A stretch of 59,135 bases of DNA, filler included, from Dugesia japonica (lineage: Eukaryota), in the NCBI GenBank assembly GCA_001938525.1. It is 5 parts of 5 records of this genome, joined end to end, with 100 filler letters (N's around TTAATTAATTAA, not from the genome) between each part and the next. Parts side by side here need not be neighbours in the genome. Positions count along the whole stretch, not along the records: positions 17,749 to 28,657 come from MQRL01539199.1; positions 28,758 to 38,140 come from MQRL01301310.1; positions 38,241 to 48,722 come from MQRL01608036.1; 2 more parts are not named here. One strand, given 5' to 3'. The stretch's first letter is position 1, and each line of letters opens with the position of its first letter. The notes beneath the pieces were generated by a model, which was not told the DNA's origin, did no database searches, and saw only the letters and a list, made by a program, of their open reading frames with translations. The position numbers were made by a program, and so were the translations under genes. Of this stretch, positions 28,084 to 40,763 are shown one piece after another.

Positions 28084-28657
28084 ACCTCTTTTTCCCACAA
28101 CGATTTTTTCCTCTAGATAGCCATCACCTGCATTATATTTCTTTATGATTCCTCGGTTGGTACTAAAATTTATACTAGCAATTAAAGCTGACTCTTTCAC
28201 CGTCTTGCTGTCTTTTTAACATTTAAGCTATCGGTAGTTAACATATCATAACCTTTTCGCTTTCTATGAATAACTGGCAGCTGTAGAACGATTCCTGAAA
28301 AATCAAGTAATACTAAAAGCTCATTATCAGAATCTGATTCTGCATTTGAAATCCATAAGTTGATCTCTACCTAGAAAAAAAATATTTTAAGATGACTAGA
28401 AAAAAGTATTGTTAATCCTCACCCAAATTATGAGTTGCTTTTTGAATTCCTGAAATAAGGCTAGATTTCATTGTTTTTAAATGTAAAAATAAGCTATTAA
28501 ATATACATAATTTTTGTAGAGAAAAAATGATATTAATCCTCCCGTTCCTGAATGGGGCTATAATCTACCCCGTAATTCTTATTATGTCAAAATTTTGTGA
28601 AATACAAACTATATCTATGTGATATTATTTCAATTCAATAATAATGATAGTAATAAT

Positions 28658-28757
28658 NNNNNNNNNNNNNNNNNNNNNNNNNNNNNNNNNNNNNNNNNNN
28701 NTTAATTAATTAANNNNNNNNNNNNNNNNNNNNNNNNNNNNNNNNNNNNNNNNNNNN
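28658..28757. other. Artificial contig spacer
   Basis: 44N-TTAATTAATTAA-44N. Confidence 0.9.
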
Positions 28758-30451
28758 ATTCACTTGGAACTATTATCTTTTTTCTCAATTTTGCTATTAA
28801 GTCATTCCATTTATCAGGTTTGGCATCCATATTTTTATAAAATTTTAATGCATATTCTTTTAGATAAAGTGGCAATCTTTAATTAATTTTGCTTCTGTCC
28901 ATCCACAAGCTGTGGCACAAACCTGCATATGTTCAAAGTATTCGTAGAAATCCTCAGGTTTCCCTGCATAAAATTGTATTGGTAATATATTCAATGTACC
29001 TCGGTGTCCAAATCCACCTCCTACTTGATCATTAATTGGTAAAATTTTAAATGGCATATTTTCATTAGTATTATTTGCTGTAGCCATTATTTGAATTCCT
29101 CTTTTTCGCAATTTATATACTATATTCTCTTCAATGATTATTCCTTCAGTTTCTTTCAACTGGAATACTAATAATTATTCTCTTCGGTATCGTTTCAACC
29201 GGAATACTAATCAAACAACTTCTTCGGTATCGTTTCAACAGGAATACTAATCAAACAACTTCTTCGGTATCGTTTCAACCGAATACTAATCAAACAAATT
29301 CTTCGGTATCGTTTCAACCGGAATACTAATCAAACAAATTCTTCGGTATCGTTTCAACCGGTAAACTTTGAATCACTTTTGACTTTATTACTTTAGGGGA
29401 ACTGATTTTATATTATCAGAACTTTGATAAGAGATTGCGGCAAGAATTCAATCCAAACCTAACACCAAACTTAAAATAATCAAATTAATCAACTTTGATA
29501 AGAGATCGTAGTATGATTTTCTCCAATATCTGATATCAAACTGATCAATACACGGTATATTTTAATAAAGGTCTGAACACCCGCTTGATTTTAAACTAAT
29601 TTTAATAATTTTTATTATTTTGATTCCCGGTTCGCGGCACCAAATTTGTTGGGTATTTAACTCAACAAAATACTAATTCACTTTTGTTAACATTTGTTAC
29701 TGCTTTTCTTTAGCTGTTTAATGTTATGTGTGTAAGTACAATATTATATAAGAGATATATTACCAAAATATAAATATGTGATATACTGTATTCGATCCTA
29801 TATAAATAAAATAAATAAACACCTTGTAAATATTTATTTTTGGGATTATATAACCTTACACGAAAACTTTATAAGTTATTAAAAGGAGAAAAGCCACCCA
29901 AAGAGAGAGGTTTTCTCAATTTAAGCCGTCTGATTTTTTCATCAGTATTTATACTGATTTTCAAGGCATACGCATACACACAATTACATACATATACATA
30001 AAATAAATATTCGTAAAATCAATTATCATATAATTATCATATAATGTTGATAGTCAATCAATTATTATATAATTAAATTATTACAAAATCAATCTATACC
30101 GGATATCGTTTCAATTATTTACATAACTAATCATTACAATAAATTATATCAAGTCAGATAAATGTCAGAAATTTTTACAATAAATTGTATCAAGCCAAAT
30201 AAATTAACATAATTGTCAGAAAATCAGATAAATTAAAATAATACAATAAATGTTATTGATCAAGTCAAATAAATTAAAATAATAAAATAAATGTCATTGC
30301 TTTCTTTCTCTCTCTTTTCTTTTGAACAAATTTATTGTCTAATTACCTTCTTGCGAATCTTTGTTGAATTGCTTTGATTGGGGCTGATCATACTGATTAT
30401 TATCTGTTATGTTCTGTTGTGTATGCATGCTATGTTATGTAATTCTCAACA
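28758..30451 (-). mobile_element. Ty3/Gypsy-type LTR retrotransposon 5' end (LTR, PBS, leader, start of gag)
   Basis: LTR 29647-30451 bounded TGTTG...CAACA; PBS TGGTGCCGCGAACCGGGA at 29642-29625; gag-like YAGKPEDFYEYFEHMQVCATACGW, then frameshifted LPLYLKEYALKFY; inserted into a Penelope copy. Confidence 0.8.
29154..29361. repeat. Tandem repeat, about five copies of a 40-bp unit, in the retrotransposon leader
   Basis: Unit TCTTCGGTATCGTTTCAACCGGAATACTAATCAAACAA(C/A)T at 29181, 29221, 29261, 29300, 29340 (last partial). Confidence 0.9.
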
Positions 30452-31221
30452 GAAACATGAACAAATTTTAATTAAAGAAGATAAACCTCAGATTTATGTA
30501 GATGTTCAACAATTACAATATTTGAGGAAAAAAAGTTTATATCAATATCTATAAATAATATGTTTAAAAGAGATGTATTTTTTATATAAAAAATATAAAA
30601 AACGAAATAATATTAATTAAATATAATATTAATAATTTTAATTAAATATAATATTAATAATATTAATTAAATGTATTAATTAGTTGTCCTAATACGAATT
30701 TAAATGAAACTTTTAAAAATATTTAGTTCAAATTTATAATTTTGTGTAATTTTTGAATGAATTTTAAAAAAGAAATTTATAAAACATAACATTTATTTAA
30801 AATAACATAAATTATATATAAAAAACACAAAATAAAAATTTTTACAAATTTTCAAAAAAAATACAAAAATTAAAAAATTCTAGGTATAATATATCTAAAA
30901 TATCTTAAAGACTTTTCTGTATTAATTAAAAGAAATTTTTTGAGTTGATTTAAAAATAAAAATTAAAATCATTAAAATAAAAAGTATAAAAAAAATAAAC
31001 TAATAAAATTTCGATAAAAGTTAAAGAATTGAGTAACAAAGATCTATTGTATTGAATATCTCAAGAAGCCAACATGTACCTGAAGAAGGTTATTGTCAAA
31101 AATTTGAACCTTTTTACAAATAAATTTTATTTTGATCGAAGCTTTTTCTTATTTTAATGAAATCTCAAATNCGATCAATGTTTAAGTCCAACAATTATTC
31201 TCACAATAATTGTAATTATAA
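30452..31221 (+). mobile_element. Penelope-like 3' end and pLTR with decayed hammerhead
   Basis: Homologous to 229-821; CTGAAGAAG..GTCAAAAATTTGAAC at 31080-31109; family tail at 31122-31221. Confidence 0.75.
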
Positions 31222-32599
31222 AATAATTGATTATCCTTAAGGGGTCGAAATGTAGGATGATATCGTAAAAGTAATGATAAAAGTATACAGGTTCTTAAAC
31301 TTGGAAAATTTTCGGGATGATAAATAAATAAAAGGAATTGAAACAATTGAAGCAAAACAGAGACACTTTTCGTACCATAAATTACAAGGCAGACCAAGTG
31401 TTACAATAAAGTTGAATGTCTTTCAAAAACAGGGGCTAGAATTAACGATATGAGAGAATACATTCAATTAATAGAAATTAAGATAAATTATTTTTATTAA
31501 TGATTGGTTTCTATTTTAAATTGTTTTATTAAATAAATATAGTTTTAAATTTAAAATACAAATATGTGTGAAATTAATTGTGATTTGAAAATCAATTATC
31601 TTTAGAAGATGTATCTAACAGTTTGCTTATTTCCGTTTTAAGTTGGACTTTAAATTTTGCTTGTTTATATTTTATTCGAATCCAAATTGATTCCTCGAGT
31701 TTTGATTGTAAAGATAAATAATTATATAATGTAATTAAACTTTTTCAAAAATTAATTGAAATAAAATAATTCATTTATTTTTCAATCCTTGATTTTTTTT
31801 TGTAAAAGGATATATATATTCGTGGGAACAGAAAATGTAACCATCTAATAAAAATAAACATATTTCCTCAGTATGATGATTTATTGCTATTTTAAACTAA
31901 TATTTTCTGCGATAATTACCCATAAAATCATCAGGTTTTGCATAAATTTTAGATGAAAGTCGAGAATATAATTATCATTGTCATTACATTAAAAATTAAA
32001 ATCTAATCTAATTATTTAAATTATTATTTGAAATTTAAACACACTATTATTTTTTTAAAAATTAACTAGATCGTTAAATAAAAAAAATAAAATAAAATAA
32101 TAAATAATAATAAAAATAAAAAAAATTAAATTTAAATTTTTAAAATTTTTTTTTAAAAGTAAATAATAAATATTGATTTAAATAAAAAATATTTTTCAAT
32201 TTTGAAAGTTTCCGTTAAGAATTGTAAATAACAAAAAATTATATTCAAATCTACATTTTCTTTTGAGAATAAACTTTCACACCAAAATTACACATTTTAT
32301 AAAAAAAGGTTTAAATTTATAAATTTTTTTTAAAAAAAAAATTAAATTAATCTTTACTGCTTTGTTTGACAATAATTTGATGAAATTTTATCTTGCAAAA
32401 AACCTCATTATGTTAACATAATTAAATTTTATGTCAAGTAGTTAATGAGAAAAATAATTATATACGCTATTTATAAAGAAAACTTTTACATTTGTCAAAA
32501 AAAAAAACAAACAAACATAATTGAATTCTGTCAAATATTCAAATGTTAAATTGAACCAAAAAAAATTAGTGCATTCAAATTTGCAATTACAATTGCTGA

Positions 32600-32945
32600 T
32601 TTAAGAATTAATTTCAATTAAAAATAGAATAACCAAAAGAAAACACCATAGAAAGCTATTAAGTTGAATCCGAGTAAAACCATTCAAGAACTTGTAGAAA
32701 ATTTTGGTTGAACTCACGGAAACATCAAAACTTACTTGTATGCAATTGGAGAAGTAATTCTGGGTAGAAAATGGGTCCCGCGTGAACTCATCAATGCTGA
32801 AATTCTTCTTTGTAAAGGGAAGAACAGCTGATTTCTTGATTTCATTGTTGTATTGATGAAAAATGGATAGGTTACAATAATACTATAAAAAACGACGGTG
32901 GTTAAACGTCAGTAAACAACCAAAATCAACTCCAATGCCATATAT
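32600..32945 (+). mobile_element. Mariner transposase fragment
   Basis: LNPSKTIQELVE...GRKWVPREL and DEKWI motifs. Confidence 0.7.
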
Positions 32946-34729
32946 TAAAGGATTGCGAATGATGTAATAGTAAGGGTTTGGTCTAATTTGAAGTGCTGAA
33001 TGCGGGTCGTACACAAAACATTTAGGTGGTATGAATCAAAATAAAATATCTCAATGATAACGGTCGTCCGCACATTTGCAAAGATAATGAAACAAAATAT
33101 CAGCACTCTTTGGCCGATAAAAAATTGAAAAACAACGATAAAGTCGAAAAATATGTCAAATTTCTTCGATTCGAATAAAAACCAGGATAAAAAATTTAAT
33201 AATACAAAAAATTGTTTAATTCCAAATGAAACTCGTACAACTTTACGAAGAATGACATAATTCATTGAGATTAAAAAAAAACTAATAAATAACTGTAAAC
33301 AAACAAATAAATTTATTGGGAAAAAATAATAATTTACTGACTCCGTTCAGATTTGTATGAACTTAATTTTTTTCTTATTTATCCTGTCAATGAATTGTTA
33401 AATGGTTTTGTTCGTGATAAAAATTCCACTTTTGATAATTTTCGTATTTATTGTCAGAAAGATTTTTTTTAGTTCATTCGGCAGTTGCCAGGAATTTCCA
33501 ATTTAAAATGCACATATTTTCTAANTTTCAATTTGATTATTTTCCTCTATTCAATAATTTATATTGACTGTAATTTCTATTATATATTTGTTTAATATAA
33601 AAATAAAAATACATATAAAAGTATATATACATACATTCTTGTGCACTTTTCGTAAAAATATTTTTTTAAAAAAATAACATTACAATAATAAAATAACAAA
33701 CCAACGCAGAATAAAAATAAGATTGGTAGAATTCGCTTAACATTTTTTTATTTATATTCTTTTTTTGCTATTATTCAACAAAATTCATACAGTATTAATA
33801 CATTATTAGAGTGCCACCGATCAGTAAGGAATTTGGTGTAATGCAGCCCGAGAGATCATTCGAGTTTGACACCCCTGATGTAATATGTATAATGCATGTA
33901 ATATAATACATGATATAATATAATAATAAATATTTGAAGTAAACAAAGTTATTCTTGTCAACCACCACAAAATCTCGGAATTCCTCGAATAGAATATAGA
34001 AAAAAGTAAAAAACTAAATAAAGATTTTTTTTATCCTGTACTAATCAAATCAAATCTAATTAGTGAAAGTATTTCTGGTAAAATTTGCTATATAATTTCT
34101 GGAATTGTATCGAAAGATTTCGGAATAAAATAAAAAAAGAAATAGAACAAACCTTTAAACTCAATTGAAAAAAATATATTCAACAAGTTTTCTATCACCT
34201 TCAACTCGAAAATAGTAATCAAACCATTCCAGAGACATAATTAAAAATTAATTTGTGTACTAAAGCATAGAACTTCCTAAATCAAGATCGCGATTTCAGA
34301 TTCCAACTATACACTGTTGTAATTATTATTTGGTTTGTGTTAATAAATTTTCGTTTAAAAATCTATTGTTAGAAAATTTCATAGCTAATTTTATTTATTC
34401 ACAACTGGCTTTTTCATTATTCTGTATCACTAACGAAATATTCACATAGCAAACACCCCAAGTGTCCCCACTACGGAAATTTTATTTGGAGACTGCATGA
34501 AATAATCAACATAAAATAATGCAAATTATTAACAAAAACTTTGAAACTCCATTTCAAGATATACATTTTTTTACTACATGTTTTGACAGAATAATTGTCA
34601 TATTCAGGTCCAATATTTAATCCTTTTTTAAAATCCTTTTTTAAAAAACAATATTAAATCCAATTTTTAAAATTTCTTATGTAATATATTATGTAATCAA
34701 GTATGCAATATCTTCAATAAATCAAATTA

Positions 34730-35248
34730 ATTGAAAACATTCAATAAAGATTTAGAAAGAACAGTTTGAACATTAAATTTTGGATCAATTGATCTAATCA
34801 TCAATGCTTCCTAATACTATTTAAAGTTTTATTCACAAAATCTTAAAATTATTGATACTAATAACTGATTTATAATTAATATTATGTTCAACAATATTAC
34901 TTCCACTACCATCTCGAAGATGCTTCTGAATTCTTGTACAGAGATGACAGGAAGTCTCTCCAATATATGTTTCATTACACCCATTACATTCATATTTATC
35001 AACAGCATAAGAAAATATTTGAATTAGTGTTTTAGACTTATTACTAAACATATTTATGATTTTATAAGATTGTGAAACAATTTTAAAATTCAAAGAGTAA
35101 TTTCTATACTTAAACAATCCACTCCTATATTGTTTTAATCTTTCCAAATATGGAATAGTTAATATGTAACTAAACGTATCTATCTAATTTGGGTCTTTGA
35201 TAATACTTTCACAAATTAAATTATAATTACCTTCATTATTTGGCATAT
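34730..35248 (-). mobile_element. Penelope-like GIY-YIG fragment
   Basis: YECNGCNETYIGETSCHLCTRIQKH. Confidence 0.8.
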
Positions 35249-35299
35249 TTAACATAAAATCATCACTAAAAGTGGACTAATCAATGTGAAGCCGTATAA

Positions 35300-36880
35300 A
35301 CAGCCGACCAATTTAGAAGATAAAATAGAAAATATGATCGGAAACTGAAGCGAAAAAAATAATATCCGAAGATGTAACTCTATTGGAAATAACCTCCTAG
35401 TATGTGTTTGGAAAAAAGATAAAGAAAATATTAGATTACGTCTGGATTTAAGAAGACAAATGAAATCACAGAAAAACAAGCATTTTTCATGGAAAATGTA
35501 GAAGAAATGTTATTGATACTTTGAGATATTTTCTTTTAGAATATTAAAATTTTAGATATTTTATTTAGCTCGATAGATCCGGAAATACATATTATCAGTT
35601 AGAATTAGATGAAAAGTCTCAGGAAAAAACGACATTTTCTAAAAAACTGGGACATTTATTTTCAATCGAATGCCATGGGGAATAGCTGCGGCACCAGAAG
35701 AGGTCCAAAATATGATGATATAAGTTATTAAAAAATTCGAGGAGCAATCGAGTATCTGGAAAATTTTTTGACTTTCTCTAAATCAAAAGAAGAACATTAT
35801 GAAGTGCATAGATACGTTTTGAACAGGAATTTGGCAGCAGGGTTGATAATAAGCTTGACGCCGGCATAGGGTTTTTCTGATTTTCTAAGAGAACTTATTT
35901 TAAACATAGATGAAAGATTTAACACTATTGGAGCAGTGTTATGACATAATAATGATGGGAAAGAAAGAGTTATTGTATACAAACCTCATGCAATGTCTAT
36001 GGACAAAAAGAGGTACTGTAAAACTAGGAAGAAAATGTAGGCAGCCTTTGCATTTTTGCCTGCATTTAAAGCACTACTTGTGAGAGAGACGTTTTATATT
36101 GAGAACAGATCATAAGGCAATCCCCTTTATAGTAAACACAAAGAAGCAATTACTAGTCAATTTTAAACTGGGATCAATTTCTTAGGGTAGTCTTGACATC
36201 AATCTAAAATATAGAAAGGGTACATTAAGCCAAAACGCGGACACATTGAGCCAACTTTGGTGCAATAAATGTTCACAGTGTAAATTAAAACACCAAAAGA
36301 AAAGGATTAAGAAATCGAACACGAGATTACTTCAGGTTCAATACGGCGTTCTAGGAGTTAAAAAAGAGAAAGAAATTACGAGTGAGGTATTAAGAGAATA
36401 AGCAAAAGGAAAGTTATTGGCAGATGAGAGGAACGCAAATATTGAGCTTATTCATACATTTTTATGTCACGCAGGTGCTGAAAAGACTGAGAATTATAAA
36501 CTAGCAAGATATTCTAAGAATGGTTTGAGGGAAAGGATGAGAGAACTGGTTTGGGTGTAAAGTGTGTGAAAAAGTGAAGATGAATACAGTATGAATAATG
36601 AAAGCTATGGTTTTCTCGGAAGAATGTGAACCATTTAAAATGGTTTTTGTGGACATATGTAGACCGTTAAAAGGAACTCACTATGGGGAGAAAACTATTC
36701 TAGGTATAATCGTTGTACCAAATATATAACCCTTTTTTATCGTTGACGAAACGGGACCAAGTGACATTCGGATAAATTTATGGAAGGAATGGCTTCTGAC
36801 ATTTGGGTATCATAGAGAGTTTCAATTAGATTGTGGCAGGGTATTTGAGTCGAGAAAGATGAAAAATCGGTATGTAAAAA
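35300..36880 (+). mobile_element. Heavily decayed Ty3/Gypsy pol relic (RT, RNase H, integrase)
   Basis: FNRMPWGIAAAP, LRTDHKAI, KYRKGTLSQNADTLS, PFKMVFVDIC in shifting frames. Confidence 0.75.
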
Positions 36881-38064
36881 TTGTAATCGAATAAAAAATT
36901 TTTAAAAATCACTAATATAAGAAAATTTTATGAAAACACAGCTAAAAAATAACACATCTAAAAAACTTTTCAATTTAATTAAAAAAAAATATTTTTTGTA
37001 AATTTTTATTATTAGAAATTTGTGACTTTTTAGATTAAAAATGTTTCAATTATTAAAACATTGGATTTGATTTTGTATTTACTATTTTGGTTATTTCGGA
37101 AATTTCAGATATATGTTAACACAAAGATTTGATGTTTCTGATGTATCCGTGAGATGATATAATTAAATATAAACAATTTAAAAATATGAGTAAAAAATTT
37201 AAAGAAGAAAAATTGAAATTAATCAAAAGAATTTTATTCATTTTTAGGTTGTTTAAATATTCAAATTAAAAGCAGGGCAGAATTTGAATACTAATTTTTT
37301 AAATAAAGTATTATCAAGTTTTCATTTAATTATACCGTTTTCATTATTTATTATCGTTTGGATTCCTAAGGATTTAATCATTACAAGTAATCATTTTTGA
37401 GTTTTCAGCATTATGTCGATCAATAATGAGAATTTATCTGTCACTAACAATCANNNNNNNNNNNNNNNNNNNNNNNNNNNNNNNNNNNNNNNNNNNNNNN
37501 NNNNNNNNNNNNNNNNNNNNNNNNNNNNNNNNNNNNNNNNNNNNNNNNNNNNNNNNNNNNNNNNNNNNNNNNNNNNNNNNNNNNNNNNNNNNNNNNNNNN
37601 NNNNNNNNNNATTTAAAGTGAAGAAGAATTTTCGAATGAATATTTTCTAACGTTATGTAAATACATTTTAATATTGTTAATTCCGACAGAGTTTAATAAA
37701 GTTTTCACCTTTATTTTAACTAAATTGTACCAATATTTAGTCACAAATATGTACAAATTTATTTATCAATGATATCATTTTATAAATCTGATATATTTTA
37801 GTTTCTAAATTAAAAAACTTTATTATTTAATTTTGAAATGAATACTAAAAACATGACTACAAATAGTTTATTTTTATTGCTAAATCTGATAGCGGAAGTT
37901 TATCAGGTCTAAATGGAAGACAACTAAATTCATTGCTTGTGAAATTTTATATAGAAATTATTGCTTAATAAATTTTGAAACGTTTGTAATATTATTCTAC
38001 ATACATCTTCATGTCACGCAAACAATAAATAAATTAAATATTTTTATCCTAACCTATCATTTTA

Positions 38065-38078
38065 TTATTGAATTATTA

Positions 38079-38140
<62 letters not shown>
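38065..38140. repeat. (ATT)n microsatellite at contig end
   Basis: Direct reading. Confidence 0.85.
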
Positions 38141-38240
38141 NNNNNNNNNNNNNNNNNNNNNNNNNNNNNNNNNNNNNNNNNNNNTTAATTAATTAANNNN
38201 NNNNNNNNNNNNNNNNNNNNNNNNNNNNNNNNNNNNNNNN
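38141..38240. other. Artificial contig spacer
   Basis: 44N-TTAATTAATTAA-44N. Confidence 0.9.
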
Positions 38241-38460
38241 GTTTCTGTATTTTATCTTCTAATTGTTTTATATATTTTAAATTAACTGCATCATGTAAAT
38301 CTATAGGATCTTCTATAATTTTTAAACATGATATCATATCACCTGTTTCATTTACATATTTATTTTCATTTTGACCATCTGACATTTTAATTTTAACATT
38401 AACAGTTTTTAATATTAAACTAGAATCTCCAGCATTAACACTAGTAACAAAATTATTCAT
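38241..38460 (-). CDS. Putative fibre-like protein N-terminus (truncated)
   Basis: KYVNETGDM...IEDPIDLHDAVNLKYI resembles the GD.M..DP....DAVNxxY repeats of viral fibres; overlaps the protease stop. Confidence 0.5.
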
Positions 38461-38920
38461 CCTTCTCCTTTATGGTTTTGCGTACGCTCTTTTTTAAATC
38501 TAAATTATCATATAAAGATTTCATTTCAGAAATAATATGTCCGAAGTCAGTATGTTGTAGTGAATATAAAAAGTAAATACATAAAATTCCACATATTTCA
38601 GTTCCAAAATGTTGAACTTGAATTTCATTATAAACTTTTACTTGTTTTTCTATTTTTTTTAAAGGTTTAAAACCAAAAGAGTCAAAATATTGATGATTAC
38701 TATAACATACCCAATGTGTTCCATTTTGATTTGAATTTTGATAATTAAAAATAATGTTTCCATTTAATTCTTTGGGTATTTGTCCGGAGGTCAGCGTAGC
38801 GATTTCATTTTTCATATAAATCTCTAAATGTAATTCTAAAAAGTCAGCAATTGAATATAAATCAAAATTTGTAGTTGTATTGATTCCAAATGTTTTTAAA
38901 AAATCTAATAAGTTATACAT
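38453..38920 (-). CDS. Adenain-like (C5) capsid maturation cysteine protease
   Basis: GTHWVC...YFDSFG...QVQHFGTEICGILCIYFL (His, Asp, Gln, Cys intact). Confidence 0.9.
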   Translation of the reverse strand: MYNLLDFLKTFGINTTTNFDLYSIADFLELHLEIYMKNEIATLTSGQIPKELNGNIIFNYQNSNQNGTHWVCYSNHQYFDSFGFKPLKKIEKQVKVYNEIQVQHFGTEICGILCIYFLYSLQHTDFGHIISEMKSLYDNLDLKKSVRKTIKEKDE

Positions 38921-39077
38921 TTTTATGTTATTTATTAAATATAAAATATTAAATTCTAAAGTATAAAATGTTAAATATTAAATTCTAAGGCACGCGTGCC
39001 TTTTTAAATAATAAAATATCACTGGTTAAATATAAAAAATGCGCCACGCGTGGCGCTAAATGTTAAAATATTACTGG

Positions 39078-39743
39078 TTAAAGTCTATATTTACGTAAAT
39101 GAACTAAAATTGAAACTTTTTCATTATTAAAATCTATAGAGTTAAAATTTTCATCCATAATTCTAATTTTAAAACTGTCAATATAATCTGTATTAATTTT
39201 AGAATAAATTGGTGGAGATGGTTTTTCAATTATTTTATATCCAAATGGAACTGTATTAATTGGAAATGAATATAAAAGATTAATATTTTTAGTTTCACCA
39301 TTTGATAGTACATAATTACCTTTAACAATATTACAAGTTATATTTATCGTATTAATATTTGTAATGTTAACTTTTTCATCTGATTAATGATCTCCAGGTT
39401 GATAAGTTCCTGGTTTAAAACCTAAGATTGTATGAAAGAATGATTTATTATCAAATGTTAGAATATTTTTTAATTTAATGTTACATTTTGAAGTTGCTGT
39501 ATCTAGTATAATTTAAATTCCATATTTTTCTAAACGAATTGACATTTCTTTTACTTCATATGCACCAGGTTCTAATGTCTTAGATTTATTAAATTTATTA
39601 TTTTTATCAGTAACATTAAAAATAATATTGTAACATGAGAAAAAAAATAATCCAAGTTCATATTCTGAATCTAATTTTATAGGATAATTTAAATTTATTT
39701 TTAATTCATCTTCTTTTCCAACCAATAAGAATTGATGAGACAT
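39078..39743 (-). pseudogene. Minor capsid protein (penton) with two in-frame stops
   Basis: PIKLDSEYELGL..NIIFNV..PGAYEV..LGF..INITCNIVKGNY..LYSFP..VPFGYKIIEKP..IYLKI..IRIMDEN..IDFN..VHLR; TAA at 39513 and 39384; single 222-codon frame. Confidence 0.85.
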
Positions 39744-39763
39744 GCTTTGTGCGTAGCGATTTC

Positions 39764-40722
39764 TTAATAAAAATATTTAGATTTATATTTTTTATAAATC
39801 ATGTTAAATATTAAACCTTGAGATTTTAATTTTTTACATACAGACTTAATTTCTTTAGATAAATTATTATGTCCAGATTTTGCTGCTGAAATTAATAATG
39901 TTAAATTTTCAAATAAAGCTAATGGATTTATGGATTTTCCTTCCTTTATGGTCTTTCCTTCCTTTATGAGTTTTTTTTGTTGCCCTTGTGGCTGTTGCTT
40001 CCTTTATGGGTTTTGTTACCCCTATGGTTGTTGGTTCTAAACTTTTTTGTCTACCTCTTGGTTTTTGGCTTTTTATATTTCTTAAATAATTACAATATAA
40101 ATCAACTTCAGTTGCTTTTACCAATTCTAAATATATACCAATATATTTTTTTGTTTGTTCATCTGACTTTATATTTTGTTTATTTCCTGAAATTATATCT
40201 ACTAAAACATCATTAAATATATGAGTTTTTTCACCATCATAAATATAATTAAAATTTTCCCTTTTATAAAAATATAAATCATTATCATTTCTAGGAAATT
40301 TTATTGTTAAAATTTTTTTATCAGGTTCTTCTTTCATATTAATAGTTGTGTAAAACATTTTTGGTGTTGTTAATTCTGTTAATGTATCTTTATTAATTAT
40401 AAAATATTCAATTTTTAAATCAAGTGGTTGTAAATCATTTTCTTAAATATTTCAAATTTTTTATCTATAGGTTTTTCTTCCTTCATTATTGATTCTTCCT
40501 TTATGGATCTTTCTTTTATTATTGGTTCTTTTATTAGTTCTGGTAAATGTGTAATTGTTGGTTCTAATGTAAGTTTTTGTAATGCATGGTTGGTTGTTGT
40601 AAAATTGATAAGTTAGTTTGTAAATTATTATAATCAAGAACTTTACTACAAAAAAAGTTGTTATATTTTTCTTGAGCTTTAACTTGCGCTTTTAAATCTT
40701 CAATTCTTTCAGTGACTTCCAT
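39764..40722 (-). pseudogene. Frameshifted conserved Polinton hypothetical protein
   Basis: Joins MEVTERIEDLKAQ..., ORF 39909-40358 and C-terminal NPLALFENLTLLISAAKSGHNNLSKEIKSVCKKLKSQGLI, which resembles the DPNEL.RL.LL.AS..AGN...EI..I..EL...GII motif I recall from Polinton proteins. Confidence 0.55.
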
Positions 40723-40763
40723 TTGTCTTTTATAGATCTTTCTTATAATAATAATTTCGTCCT

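Noticed and set aside
27780-28580. Possible spliced gene or piggyBac-like relic on - strand
   Set aside because: Splice-like signals and a Cys-containing end are visible, but there are too many stops and no diagnostic motif to support a call
29154-29361. CRISPR-like array (GTTTCAA-containing repeats)
   Set aside because: Units are head-to-tail with no unique spacers, there are no cas genes, and it lies in a eukaryotic retrotransposon leader
29625-29642. tRNA gene
   Set aside because: Only an 18-nt complement of a tRNA 3' end including CCA, next to an LTR; it is a primer-binding site
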